Of a stretch of 62,122 nt of DNA, positions 10,275 to 18,734 are shown in pieces. Both the position numbers and the translations under genes were made by a program. The stretch's first letter is position 1; each line of letters opens with the position of its first letter. Where the stretch lies: the IMG/VR virus record IMGVR_UViG_3300031152_000001, positions 1 to 62,122 of that record. One strand, given 5' to 3'. The DNA is from a virus. Its lineage: Duplodnaviria; Caudoviricetes. The notes under the pieces were generated by a model, which was not told where the DNA came from, ran no database searches, and was given only the letters and a program-made list of their open reading frames with translations.

Positions 10275-10859
10275 AAATCGGTCCAGCCCTCGGATCTTCC
10301 GGAGCGAATGCTCCATGACTGCGATCCGGTCCATCAGATCGATGTCGCTCACCCGGATCGCGCCGACCGGAGCTGTGGGGTCGTCATCGGCAAACACAGG
10401 CGGCTGCAGGATGGCAATCGGCATCAGTAGGTTGACCGTCTCCAGCAGAGTCTTCAGGTCTTCCTCGGACGGCATGGTCTGCTTCTCGGGCGGCTGGCCC
10501 TCGGCGCGCGCCACGAGATTGTTGGCCAGGCCCTCCAGCCGGGTGATCTTGTCCAGGATCCCCAGCGGTAGCAAGTCTTCCGGCTTCAGGCGCTTCAGGC
10601 GGCACTTCTGGCCGGACGGCGCCACGAAGTCCTGCTCGTCCTTGGCCCGGTTGCCCCAGACGTTGTCGCTGGGCTCCGGCGCGTCGTCCGACGGCAGCTC
10701 TACAACTGCGTGTCCCATCGAGGGGAACCCTGCCGCGGGCTCTACAATTGGCGGCTTGACAAAGCCTGCCTGCTGCGCGCGGACTAGTTCCATCGCGCTC
10801 ATGGCCGCGAGTTCGGCCGTGGTGTAATCGCCGAACGTCTGCTCTTCATCGCCTGGCAT
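10260..10859 (-). CDS. Tail assembly chaperone
   Basis: Between major tail and tape measure genes. Confidence 0.75.
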   Translation of the reverse strand: MPGDEEQTFGDYTTAELAAMSAMELVRAQQAGFVKPPIVEPAAGFPSMGHAVVELPSDDAPEPSDNVWGNRAKDEQDFVAPSGQKCRLKRLKPEDLLPLGILDKITRLEGLANNLVARAEGQPPEKQTMPSEEDLKTLLETVNLLMPIAILQPPVFADDDPTAPVGAIRVSDIDLMDRIAVMEHSLRKIRGLDRFRHAG

Positions 10860-10892
10860 CTCTGTGCTCCTTGGCTTGGTACGTATGGTTTC

Positions 10893-10925
10893 CCGGGGTG
10901 GGCCAGCTACGGCGACCCACCCCGG
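10893..10925 (-). terminator. Hairpin/terminator after major tail gene
   Basis: CCGGGGTGGG/CCCACCCCGG inverted repeat. Confidence 0.55.
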
Positions 10926-10936
10926 AGCTTACCGGC

Positions 10937-11479
10937 CTAGACGATGACGGCAGCGGTCTCGTTCGCCACCATGGCCCAGACCTTGCCGACGTCCGCCACG
11001 GTGAGCGTCGCGATCGCGTTGCCCTCCGCGTGCGACACCCAAAACTCCTGGTCCTGGTGCGTGCCGGAGATCTGTGTTGCCTTGGCCCGGTAGAACACGA
11101 TGTGGTGGTCTCCGGCCGACTCCGACATGGACTGGCCCTCCATGAAGAAGTCCGGATAGGCATCGGTGCCCATGCGGATCCAGGACTTCTTGACGTTGGG
11201 GGTGGTGCCGGTGGAAGTGATCGCCCCACCGGCGATCACCACGTACGACTCGAAGGTGATACCGCCCGAGTCGAGCGTCCAGTTGACGTTGTCGATCGTG
11301 ACTCGCTGGGCGATGACCGCGTCATCGCCGCGCAGCACCTGACTGGCGGTCTCCTCGGTGAACTCCAGCGTCTGTGCGGCCGGGAGGTCCACCAGCGTGC
11401 CCTTGACACCCGCGTTGTCGAGGGTGGCAACCTTGATATCACGCAGGCCGTACGGCAAGCGGTGAACTGCAAGCGCCAT
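10937..11479 (-). CDS. Major tail protein
   Basis: 180 aa, LPYGLRDIK...LRGDD tail-tube pattern; synteny. Confidence 0.85.
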   Translation of the reverse strand: MALAVHRLPYGLRDIKVATLDNAGVKGTLVDLPAAQTLEFTEETASQVLRGDDAVIAQRVTIDNVNWTLDSGGITFESYVVIAGGAITSTGTTPNVKKSWIRMGTDAYPDFFMEGQSMSESAGDHHIVFYRAKATQISGTHQDQEFWVSHAEGNAIATLTVADVGKVWAMVANETAAVIV

Positions 11480-11660
11480 CTTTGACTCCTTCCTTGATCT
11501 CTCGGTACCGCTTGGTGCCGATGAACTCTCCAGCAGCCGAGAACTTGTGGAGTACCAACACTCCCGGCTCCTTGCCGCAGCGAGCGCTACGACAACTTAC
11601 CTCCAGCACGCCATCCAGGATCTCGCCAAACTTGATCCCGCTTGGGCACCGCAGCTCTAG
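11439..11660 (-). CDS. Small Cys/His (Zn-binding-like) protein; start uncertain
   Basis: LELRCPSG...EVSCRSARCG...VLHKF; no canonical start at expected position. Confidence 0.45.
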   Translation of the reverse strand, partial: LELRCPSGIKFGEILDGVLEVSCRSARCGKEPGVLVLHKFSAAGEFIGTKRYREIKEGVKDGACSSPLAVRPA

Positions 11661-11980
11661 ACGGTGACCCGCTTGAAGCCTGGCGTCTTGTCGAGCACCT
11701 TGGCCACGCCGTCCGGCAGGTCCGCCAGCGGAACCAGCATCCGGCGACCCTTCTGTCCGATGGCCGGGCCGCTCGGGTCCGCTTCCCAGACGATGTCCTT
11801 GGTCACAGTCAGCTTGTTCTGCTTCCACAGACCGTCTCCCTTCGGGAGGGTGTGGGAGGTGAGGAAGGCCACGCCGTGCGGCTCCTCCCCCAGGTACTCC
11901 ATGTAGTCCTGGGTCTCCACCCGATCGGTGTCGTCCAGTTCCACGCTGTCGGGAACGGCGCTCTTGCTCTCGGCCATCAC
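11657..11980 (-). CDS. Hypothetical virion-region protein
   Basis: 107 aa, overlaps upstream stop. Confidence 0.65.
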   Translation of the reverse strand: MMAESKSAVPDSVELDDTDRVETQDYMEYLGEEPHGVAFLTSHTLPKGDGLWKQNKLTVTKDIVWEADPSGPAIGQKGRRMLVPLADLPDGVAKVLDKTPGFKRVTV

Positions 11981-12393
11981 AGTGTCCTTCCGATGATCTG
12001 CCAGCTGCTGTACTTGAAGTTGGCCTTGAAGTCGGCGTTCACGTCATCCCCGGACGTACCAAGGAAGTCCGCTTGCGCAACGTAGCCGTCTGATCCGGTG
12101 ATCCCCATCATCCCGGACATCACCGCATAGATCCCGCTGGGTGCAGGGTACGGCTTGCCGAGTATCTGATCCACCGTCTTGTAGCTGCCCGGCCGCTTGT
12201 CGTAGATCTCGATCCGCAGCTGGTTCGCATACGTCCCCTTGGCGTCACCGGCGACTGGCGTAATCCAACGGAGAATCGCGAATGGTTTGAGTGGTACGTC
12301 TATGACGTTCCCGACCTGCAGCCAACGCTCCGCTGGAATCAGAGCCGTTAGCGCCCCATTCGCCAAGATCAGGTCCCGGACGGTGGCCCTCAC
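11977..12393 (-). CDS. Tail terminator
   Basis: 138 aa, PFAILRW...IEIYD pattern; synteny. Confidence 0.7.
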   Translation of the reverse strand: MRATVRDLILANGALTALIPAERWLQVGNVIDVPLKPFAILRWITPVAGDAKGTYANQLRIEIYDKRPGSYKTVDQILGKPYPAPSGIYAVMSGMMGITGSDGYVAQADFLGTSGDDVNADFKANFKYSSWQIIGRTL

Positions 12394-12752
12394 AGCCGGT
12401 CCAAGATCTTATTCAGCATACGCATCACCTTCGGTGCGTAGATCTTGATGGTGGGGAGGATGATGGGCCGAGCCGTCATGAACCGGGTACCGGTCTCCAG
12501 GTACACGCCATAGGTCACGCCGTGCGCCAGAATGATGGCGTACAGCCCGGCTCCCAACTTGACCGCTGTTGCGAAGAGACCGTTGCGGGCGTTGGTGGTC
12601 CGGTCCGTCCACGGCGCGTGCTGCTTCATATGCGCCTCGCACCGACCGTCCCAGTACCTCGCAACGCCGAAAAGCGCCCGGTTGAGGCGCTTGTCGAGCT
12701 TGTCCGGGTCATACCGGCTGCGATCGAACGAGAAGCTGAAATCAGTTGCCAA
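12390..12752 (-). CDS. HK97 gp10-like tail completion/neck protein
   Basis: APWTDRTTNAR...YGVYLETGT...RPII; TTG start with GGTGAGG. Confidence 0.75.
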   Translation of the reverse strand: MATDFSFSFDRSRYDPDKLDKRLNRALFGVARYWDGRCEAHMKQHAPWTDRTTNARNGLFATAVKLGAGLYAIILAHGVTYGVYLETGTRFMTARPIILPTIKIYAPKVMRMLNKILDRL

Positions 12753-13110
12753 GGTAAGTCGCCTCACCCTTGATCTCGTACTGGCGGTTGTCGATGTAGA
12801 CGATCTCAAACCGCCGTCCGTCGTCCAGTTCGAACTCGTCGAACCGGGCCATGTCGCAGTCCCAGTGCCCCATGAGGATGAACTCCGGCGTCGCCGTTTC
12901 ACCCTCCGAGGTCGTGCGCGCGGTAGCGCCGTCCTCCTGCGGTATGAGCCGGAAACGCTGTGCCGGTAGGGGTACCGGCTCGCCCACGGTCATACCTCCG
13001 GCACCGTCCGGCGTACGCGGACGACGCTGCAGCGGGATCATCAGGTAGTCGGCTGCGATGAAGAATTTCGAGATCTTCCGCTGGACTGCCAGCTCCGCCG
13101 CGGCAATCAT
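12742..13110 (-). CDS. Head-to-tail stopper
   Basis: 122 aa, R..PDGAGG motif; synteny. Confidence 0.7.
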   Translation of the reverse strand: MIAAAELAVQRKISKFFIAADYLMIPLQRRPRTPDGAGGMTVGEPVPLPAQRFRLIPQEDGATARTTSEGETATPEFILMGHWDCDMARFDEFELDDGRRFEIVYIDNRQYEIKGEATYLGN

Positions 13111-13427
13111 GGACGCGTCAGTCTGTGCATCCGGGTACCGCGTACTGCGGGCTCGCCCGGATCGACCTCTGCGGAATCCCCCATGGCTTTCGCCATGGCC
13201 AGTGCGTTCTTGTGGAGGTCGCTGAGTTGCCGGGATGAGCCGGACTCCGCGACACTCACCAGCGACGAGTAGCTGGCTGCCAGCTCCAGCCAGATCGTGG
13301 ACGCCAACGACTGCACCGAGGTGGCTCCGTCGAGCCGCGCGCTTAGCGATGCGTCGTCATACGGTGGTACGTCGTCCGGCTGATTGATAAGCAACCGGAA
13401 AGCAGCAATCTCTTCCGCCGTAGCCAC
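13107..13427 (-). CDS. Head-to-tail adaptor
   Basis: 106 aa, ESGSSR motif; synteny. Confidence 0.7.
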   Translation of the reverse strand: MATAEEIAAFRLLINQPDDVPPYDDASLSARLDGATSVQSLASTIWLELAASYSSLVSVAESGSSRQLSDLHKNALAMAKAMGDSAEVDPGEPAVRGTRMHRLTRP

Positions 13428-13448
13428 GGAATGCCCTCCTTAGTCTGA

Positions 13449-13481
13449 GGGCCGGAGCACCATCCTCGTGTGCTCCGGCCC
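13449..13481 (-). terminator. Hairpin after capsid operon
   Basis: GGGCCGGAGCAC/GTGCTCCGGCCC. Confidence 0.55.
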
Positions 13482-13506
13482 CTGCGTCTTGATCAGCCGT
13501 CGAACG

Positions 13507-13926
13507 TCAGGCGTTCTGCTCCTGGTACGACGCGGCGTCATCGTCGTACAGGCGCTGCGCCTTCTCCTGCACGTTGCCGCCCTTGGCCAGGTCCCGGCGC
13601 TTCAGCTCCGCGTCCAGCTCCTTGTGCGTCCACTCCTCGTACGGAGCGACCGCGTTGGGGTCGGTCTCGGTGTCGTCGTCCGGGTTGCCGTCGGCGGCCT
13701 CCAGCAGCCGAAGCTCCTCCAGGATGGCCTGCCGACGCTCGGCGCGAGCCTCGGACGTGGTGAGGGCCTGGTGCTTCGGGCCGGTGCCGTCGCCGTCGCC
13801 CAGCGGCTGCGCCTCCGAGCCGTGCAGCGCATCGACACGCTGGATGTCGGCATACCGTCCACGCATCGAGAGGTAGGCACGCTCCTCATCGGTGAGCGGA
13901 GTGTTGAGATCTACGACCATGCTCAT
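13507..13926 (-). CDS. Protein with C-terminal SAP/HeH-like motif
   Basis: YEEWTHKELDAELKRRDLAKGGNVQEKAQRL. Confidence 0.6.
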   Translation of the reverse strand: MSMVVDLNTPLTDEERAYLSMRGRYADIQRVDALHGSEAQPLGDGDGTGPKHQALTTSEARAERRQAILEELRLLEAADGNPDDDTETDPNAVAPYEEWTHKELDAELKRRDLAKGGNVQEKAQRLYDDDAASYQEQNA

Positions 13927-13938
13927 GGTATTACCTCC

Positions 13939-15093
13939 TTACCAGACCATCGATGCGGGAACGGTGTACGCACCGCCGGAGTTGTCGAGCTTCATGATCG
14001 CGGCAGCGCCACGCTGGCGGACGCCAGCGCCGATGCCGCGGATGAAGTACGAGTCGATCAGCGGGTACGCGTTGTTGTTGCCGGGCTTGAGGATCATGCC
14101 CTGCAGCGCGGGATCCGAGTCTTCCCGGATACCGATGATGTTGAGCTGGTTCGACTGCCCCGCGGTAGCGGCAGCCACCATGTACCCGGCCGGGATCTGG
14201 TAGTCCTGCAGGATCAGGTACGGACCCCAGGTGCCCACCACATCGATACCGGCGAACGAGTTGGGGGCCAAGCCGCCCACCAGCTGATAGCCCGGGGGCA
14301 GCAGCAGCGAGAAGTTGGACCCGTTGGCCGGGATGAAGTCGTACAGCGAAGTGGCCGGGACGGCACCACCCGAAGCGAACGCCTGGTTGCGGACGTACTT
14401 CACGACCGACGCTGCGGCGTCCGCGGGGTTCATCAGGAACACGATGTTGTATCCCTGCGCACGGGTGAACCCGTGGTGCTCCACCGTGCCCGCCAGGTCC
14501 AGGAAGTCCTGCGGGTCGAATGCGACCTGACCCGCGTTGGCGCCGGAACCCAGGTAGTGCGTGTGCGAACCGGCGAAGTTCTGGCCCTTGTACGGCGGCG
14601 GCACGGTGCCGTCCGCATTGTAGAGCGCGACGACGGTGAACGGCGTGACGATGCCGTCCAGCGTGGCCGACCGGTTGGCGCTGTTGAAGAGCGACTTGGT
14701 GACCTGCTCGAACACCAGTGCGTTCTCGGCCTCCAGCGCCTGCTGGAGCACCGCGTCGAGCTGCGCCGTCGATGCCTTGGTCAGGAAGCGCCAGGTGTAG
14801 CCCTGCCGCAAGTCGTACCAGTCGAACGGGTACGCCCGAGAGGTGACGGTCGGAACGGGCCGGATCGACTGCGGGATACCGAACTCGGTCGCCAGCTCGA
14901 AGCGCTCCGTGCCGGGGATGCCGACCTCATCGACGATTCCCGTGACCTGCGAGGACAGCAGATCGATGAGCGGCTGCCGCGCGGCGTTGAAGCTGTCCAG
15001 CGCCTCGTTGAAGTCGTTCCAGACCTGGTTGAGGTCCTGACCGTCGCGAGTCCTGGTAAGGATATCCGCTTTGGCGGAATAGCCCTTTGCCAT
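13939..15093 (-). CDS. Major capsid protein
   Basis: 384 aa after scaffold and decoration genes; FELATEFG motif; strong RBS. Confidence 0.88.
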   Translation of the reverse strand: MAKGYSAKADILTRTRDGQDLNQVWNDFNEALDSFNAARQPLIDLLSSQVTGIVDEVGIPGTERFELATEFGIPQSIRPVPTVTSRAYPFDWYDLRQGYTWRFLTKASTAQLDAVLQQALEAENALVFEQVTKSLFNSANRSATLDGIVTPFTVVALYNADGTVPPPYKGQNFAGSHTHYLGSGANAGQVAFDPQDFLDLAGTVEHHGFTRAQGYNIVFLMNPADAAASVVKYVRNQAFASGGAVPATSLYDFIPANGSNFSLLLPPGYQLVGGLAPNSFAGIDVVGTWGPYLILQDYQIPAGYMVAAATAGQSNQLNIIGIREDSDPALQGMILKPGNNNAYPLIDSYFIRGIGAGVRQRGAAAIMKLDNSGGAYTVPASMVW

Positions 15094-15110
15094 AGTTGGT
15101 TACCCTCCTC

Positions 15111-15497
15111 TCAGGCGGCTTGCGTGGTCGGGACGCGGACGATGATGCGGGACAGCTCCACCGTGAAGCCGATGGCCTTGCCGGACGCCGATGCGGAGTC
15201 CACCGTCCCATCGATGTGGCAGTACTGCAGACCGGCGGTCAGCGCGACACCGCCCGTGGTCAGGGCCTCCGCGATCTCGCCGTCCGTCATAACGTCGATC
15301 GCTGCACCGATGGCCATCGGCTCGGTCGGCACGATCAGGCCACGGATGTCGACGAGACCGGTGCCACCGATCACGACGCGCCCGGAGGCGTTGACCGACA
15401 CTGCGTAGATCTTGCCGACGTTCGCAGACGTCAGCGCCGCATTCAGCCGCGCCCGGAAGCCGCCATCATACGGGTCGTACTTGTCGAAACGACTCAC
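15111..15497 (-). CDS. Capsid decoration/cement protein
   Basis: 128 aa Gly/Val-rich, between scaffold and MCP. Confidence 0.65.
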   Translation of the reverse strand: MSRFDKYDPYDGGFRARLNAALTSANVGKIYAVSVNASGRVVIGGTGLVDIRGLIVPTEPMAIGAAIDVMTDGEIAEALTTGGVALTAGLQYCHIDGTVDSASASGKAIGFTVELSRIIVRVPTTQAA

Positions 15498-15521
15498 TGG
15501 ACCTCCTTCCGAAGGTTGTAG

Positions 15522-16163
15522 TTACCCGCGCTTGACGCGCGAGTTCAGAGCTGGGATCCGAGACGCCATCGACTTCGCACTGGCAGTTCGTCCGCCAGCG
15601 GTTCCGTTGTTGCCCGGAGCGGTTCCGCCTGGTTCCTGCTTGACGGCTTCCGTTCCCTGCTTCACCAGATAAGGATGCGAGGTCGCCAGTGCCTTCAACG
15701 CGTCCTTCAGACCGTTGACGGTGCCGTCGGCCTGGATCTCCACCTGCGCGAGATCCGCCAACTTCAACGCACTCTCCGGGTCGTGCCAGGTGTGGGTGTT
15801 GTCCTTGAGGAACGCCACCTTCAGCGCCAGGTCCTTGTTGGCCGTCTGGAGCTGCTCCACCTGCTTCTGCGCTTCCTGGAAATCACGCTGGAGCTTTTCC
15901 GCCTCGGGCAGGTCCTTGTCACGAAGCTGCTTGAGCTCTGCTTCGATCTTGGCTGCCCGCTGATCGGCTGCATTGGTCCGGGTCCGCTGCTGCGCTAGCT
16001 CTTGCGCGAGGCGTTCTGCCTCGGTGGGGGCTGCGGCACCGCTCTGTGTGCCCGCGTCGCTCGTGCCGGATTCCGTTGTGCCGGTTGTCCCGGTGGTCTC
16101 TCCAGCACCGCTCTGTGTGCCCTCTGCGCCGCCCTGTGCGCCTTCACCTTCGGGGTGACTCAT
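15522..16163 (-). CDS. Scaffolding protein
   Basis: Low-complexity N-terminus, coiled coil, HPYLVK motif. Confidence 0.8.
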   Translation of the reverse strand: MSHPEGEGAQGGAEGTQSGAGETTGTTGTTESGTSDAGTQSGAAAPTEAERLAQELAQQRTRTNAADQRAAKIEAELKQLRDKDLPEAEKLQRDFQEAQKQVEQLQTANKDLALKVAFLKDNTHTWHDPESALKLADLAQVEIQADGTVNGLKDALKALATSHPYLVKQGTEAVKQEPGGTAPGNNGTAGGRTASAKSMASRIPALNSRVKRG

Positions 16164-16177
16164 GTGAATCTTGCTCC

Positions 16178-16206
16178 TTTATACCCGACGCCGTAGCCGT
16201 TCGCTA
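16178..16206 (-). promoter_or_regulatory. TAGCGA-class promoter for head genes
   Basis: TAGCGA-N17-TATAAA just upstream of the scaffold RBS. Confidence 0.55.
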
Positions 16207-16305
16207 TCCCAACTCTATACTGCTGTTGCGGATTGCGCATTACAACCAGCTTTAGGCCCGAGTTACCTATGCTGCGGGATTGGCGCCTTGGGGTTTTTCG
16301 GCTCG

Positions 16306-18207
16306 CTAAGGATTGGTGCTTGATAGTCCCCGCTCTGTCGAGCCTGCACTTGCTGCAGCGGCGACATTGTCTGCGCCGACTCTATCAACGCGGACTTCGA
16401 GCTGACGGATTCCGGATTGGTCATAGCCATTGTCCTTCTCAACAGACCATTGGAGATCGGGCTGAAGCGTGATCTCAGCCAGTGCCCCGTTTTCCTTGCT
16501 GCCCTTCTCGAAATCGCTCGTTACCAGAGCGCCAACTCCAGGGCCGACGTGCACGACCATCTTGACGTTCGGCGGTGGACCAATTTCGAGGTTCTTCTCG
16601 TCAATAGCAATGAGGTGCATATCCTCGCCACCGAGGAAGATTGCAGCGGCCTTTGCCCTATCAGTCAGGGCTATCCGGTGCGGGTCGGATTCCAGTTGTA
16701 TCTTACCGGATCTATCCAACTCCAGCAATTTACGGTCCAGGTCTTCACGAGAAATGTTGGGCAGCTTGTCACGGAGTCGGGCAAGACTGATTAGTTCATT
16801 CGGTTGGTCAGCCAATTCCTTGAAGGCCCGCTTGATCTGGTTCTCGTACGACTCCTCGACATTGAACTTGTCGGTGATCTTCTCGTTGACTGTGATCGAG
16901 CCAAAGCCCTTATCATGCCACTTGAAGCCGGTGAGATCGTGTCCCAGACGATCTCCAAATAGCATCTGAGAACGATACATCCCGCGCCAGCCTTGGATCG
17001 GGCTCTCGGTGATGCTGCCCTCCATCGCTTCCTTGATGAGCGCAATCGTGGCCTCATCCTTGCGGTCGATCGCGTCCTCAACCGGTCGGCCATCGCGCAT
17101 TCGATTGTTGATGACCACGAACCAACCAGACTCGTAGGTCTTCAGCGCCTCGCGCTGCTTCGGCGTCATAGAGCCGCGCTTGAACAGGCCCTTCGGCACC
17201 GCATCCAGCGCAGCTTGTCCGGTCAGCTCAACAATAGGATCCTGGACCGACGGAATGACCGGAGCGGGTAGCTTGTTGTGCGATCTGCCCGCGCTGGCCA
17301 GCGTCGCCTGCTGCTGTGCCTCCGGGAGATCCCAACCGTTCTTCTGCAACTCTCCATCCAGGTAATCGTCATAGTCGCCCTTGAGGAAGTTCTCCACGAA
17401 CTCATCCTCGTCAACATACTCCGCGGTGATGTAACACATGCACTGCGGATGCGGCCGAGCCGGTACGGATGCCTTCTGGTACGGGCTCTCCTTCGCCACC
17501 GCATTGCAGATGTCAGGCTTGGGGTGGCTCTTGCTGAGGTTCCATTTGACCTCAGTCGTCCACGGTGTTGTTGCGTACTTCTCTGCACTGATGGCGTGGA
17601 AGGAATTGTTGATCTCGGTCCGCGCCAGTCGCATTGCCGCGTACCGGACTCCGCCTGGCGTGTTGGGGTTGAACCAGTCCCGCGCTCGCTTGGCGAACTC
17701 CTTCGCATTTAGCCCCGTCGCCAGCGTCTCGTTGATCAGCTTGCTGAGCCGACCGTTCATCCAGACGGAGCTGCGATAGATCCGCTGCGACAGTGGAAGG
17801 GCACTCAGCCGCATCCGCGCCAGCGCTGCATCGATCGCGCGCTGGCTCACCTGTAGCGCGCTGTCGTAGAGGAACTGCGCCTGCGGACCCTTCCCAACGA
17901 GGTTGAGGAGGGCCGAGTCAGCGGCAGCGCTCAGCCGGGCGGAGCGGCTGGCAGCTGACGCCCTACGGGCTGCAACTGTGTCCCCCAGCCGCTCGAACAG
18001 CTTTGACTGCTCCGCCAGCAACACCGACCGGCTGTGCTCAAGCTGTGCGCGCCGGACGCCATTCTTGCCGGTCGTCTCAAGCTCCTTGAGGAATGCATCA
18101 ACGCGCTTCTTGGTGTCGCGGAGGAGCGCCAGCACCTGTCGGTCGGTGATCTGTAGCTCCTGTGCGTTGGCAATCTGCCAATCCCGCGGGTCCGGCTGCG
18201 GGATCAC
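16306..18207 (-). CDS. MuF-like minor head protein fused to VIP2-like ADP-ribosyltransferase domain
   Basis: RLARTE...HPQCMC MuF motifs; C-terminal Y...INNRMR...WRG...DKGFGSIT...EI; GTG start overlapping upstream stop. Confidence 0.78.
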   Translation of the reverse strand: MIPQPDPRDWQIANAQELQITDRQVLALLRDTKKRVDAFLKELETTGKNGVRRAQLEHSRSVLLAEQSKLFERLGDTVAARRASAASRSARLSAAADSALLNLVGKGPQAQFLYDSALQVSQRAIDAALARMRLSALPLSQRIYRSSVWMNGRLSKLINETLATGLNAKEFAKRARDWFNPNTPGGVRYAAMRLARTEINNSFHAISAEKYATTPWTTEVKWNLSKSHPKPDICNAVAKESPYQKASVPARPHPQCMCYITAEYVDEDEFVENFLKGDYDDYLDGELQKNGWDLPEAQQQATLASAGRSHNKLPAPVIPSVQDPIVELTGQAALDAVPKGLFKRGSMTPKQREALKTYESGWFVVINNRMRDGRPVEDAIDRKDEATIALIKEAMEGSITESPIQGWRGMYRSQMLFGDRLGHDLTGFKWHDKGFGSITVNEKITDKFNVEESYENQIKRAFKELADQPNELISLARLRDKLPNISREDLDRKLLELDRSGKIQLESDPHRIALTDRAKAAAIFLGGEDMHLIAIDEKNLEIGPPPNVKMVVHVGPGVGALVTSDFEKGSKENGALAEITLQPDLQWSVEKDNGYDQSGIRQLEVRVDRVGADNVAAAASAGSTERGLSSTNP

Positions 18208-18734
18208 CTGTTGGCCCACAGACCGATGACGCCGAACACCAGCAGAAGCAAGACGCTGAGACCGGCCAACACCGGTCCCCAATTCAGGCGCGTCTCCCCA
18301 GTCTGCGCCTTAACACCCTGTGCCTCGTATTGTGCCTTACGAAGGTCCTGGATGTCCTTCTGGATCGGCTCAAGCGCGGCTGAGAGCGCAACGGTTGCTG
18401 CAGCAGCGGCTGCAGCAACCTGCGTCCGCAGTGTCTCCGCAGAAGTCGCAACCTGTGCAGCCAGTGTTGTGGCCTGCTGCGCGGATACCTCTGCTGCCCG
18501 GTTCACAGCGCCTACGTCCACGGCCCGGATCGCATCAATCCGTCCAGTCTCTGCGGCTCGGAGCTTTTCCTCAAAGTCAGCACGCAGCTCGATCACCTCG
18601 CGGACGTGCTTTGCTGCTGCCTCCCGCAAGTCGTCCTGCCGCTTGATAGCGGCAGTCACGAGATCCAGCACGTTCTGCGTCGGATCTATCACCGGACCCC
18701 TAAGCGGTTCCTTGCCCTCCAGGCCCTCCATCAC
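18204..18734 (-). CDS. Coiled-coil protein with C-terminal TM helix
   Basis: 176 aa Ala-rich helix plus hydrophobic C-terminus. Confidence 0.6.
   Translation of the reverse strand: MMEGLEGKEPLRGPVIDPTQNVLDLVTAAIKRQDDLREAAAKHVREVIELRADFEEKLRAAETGRIDAIRAVDVGAVNRAAEVSAQQATTLAAQVATSAETLRTQVAAAAAAATVALSAALEPIQKDIQDLRKAQYEAQGVKAQTGETRLNWGPVLAGLSVLLLLVFGVIGLWANR

Noticed and set aside
13468-15408. Long plus-strand ORFs (also 25667-26857, 38322-39680, 58122-59333, 59330-61060)
   Set aside because: Antisense shadows of high-GC3 minus-strand genes; no motifs or RBS
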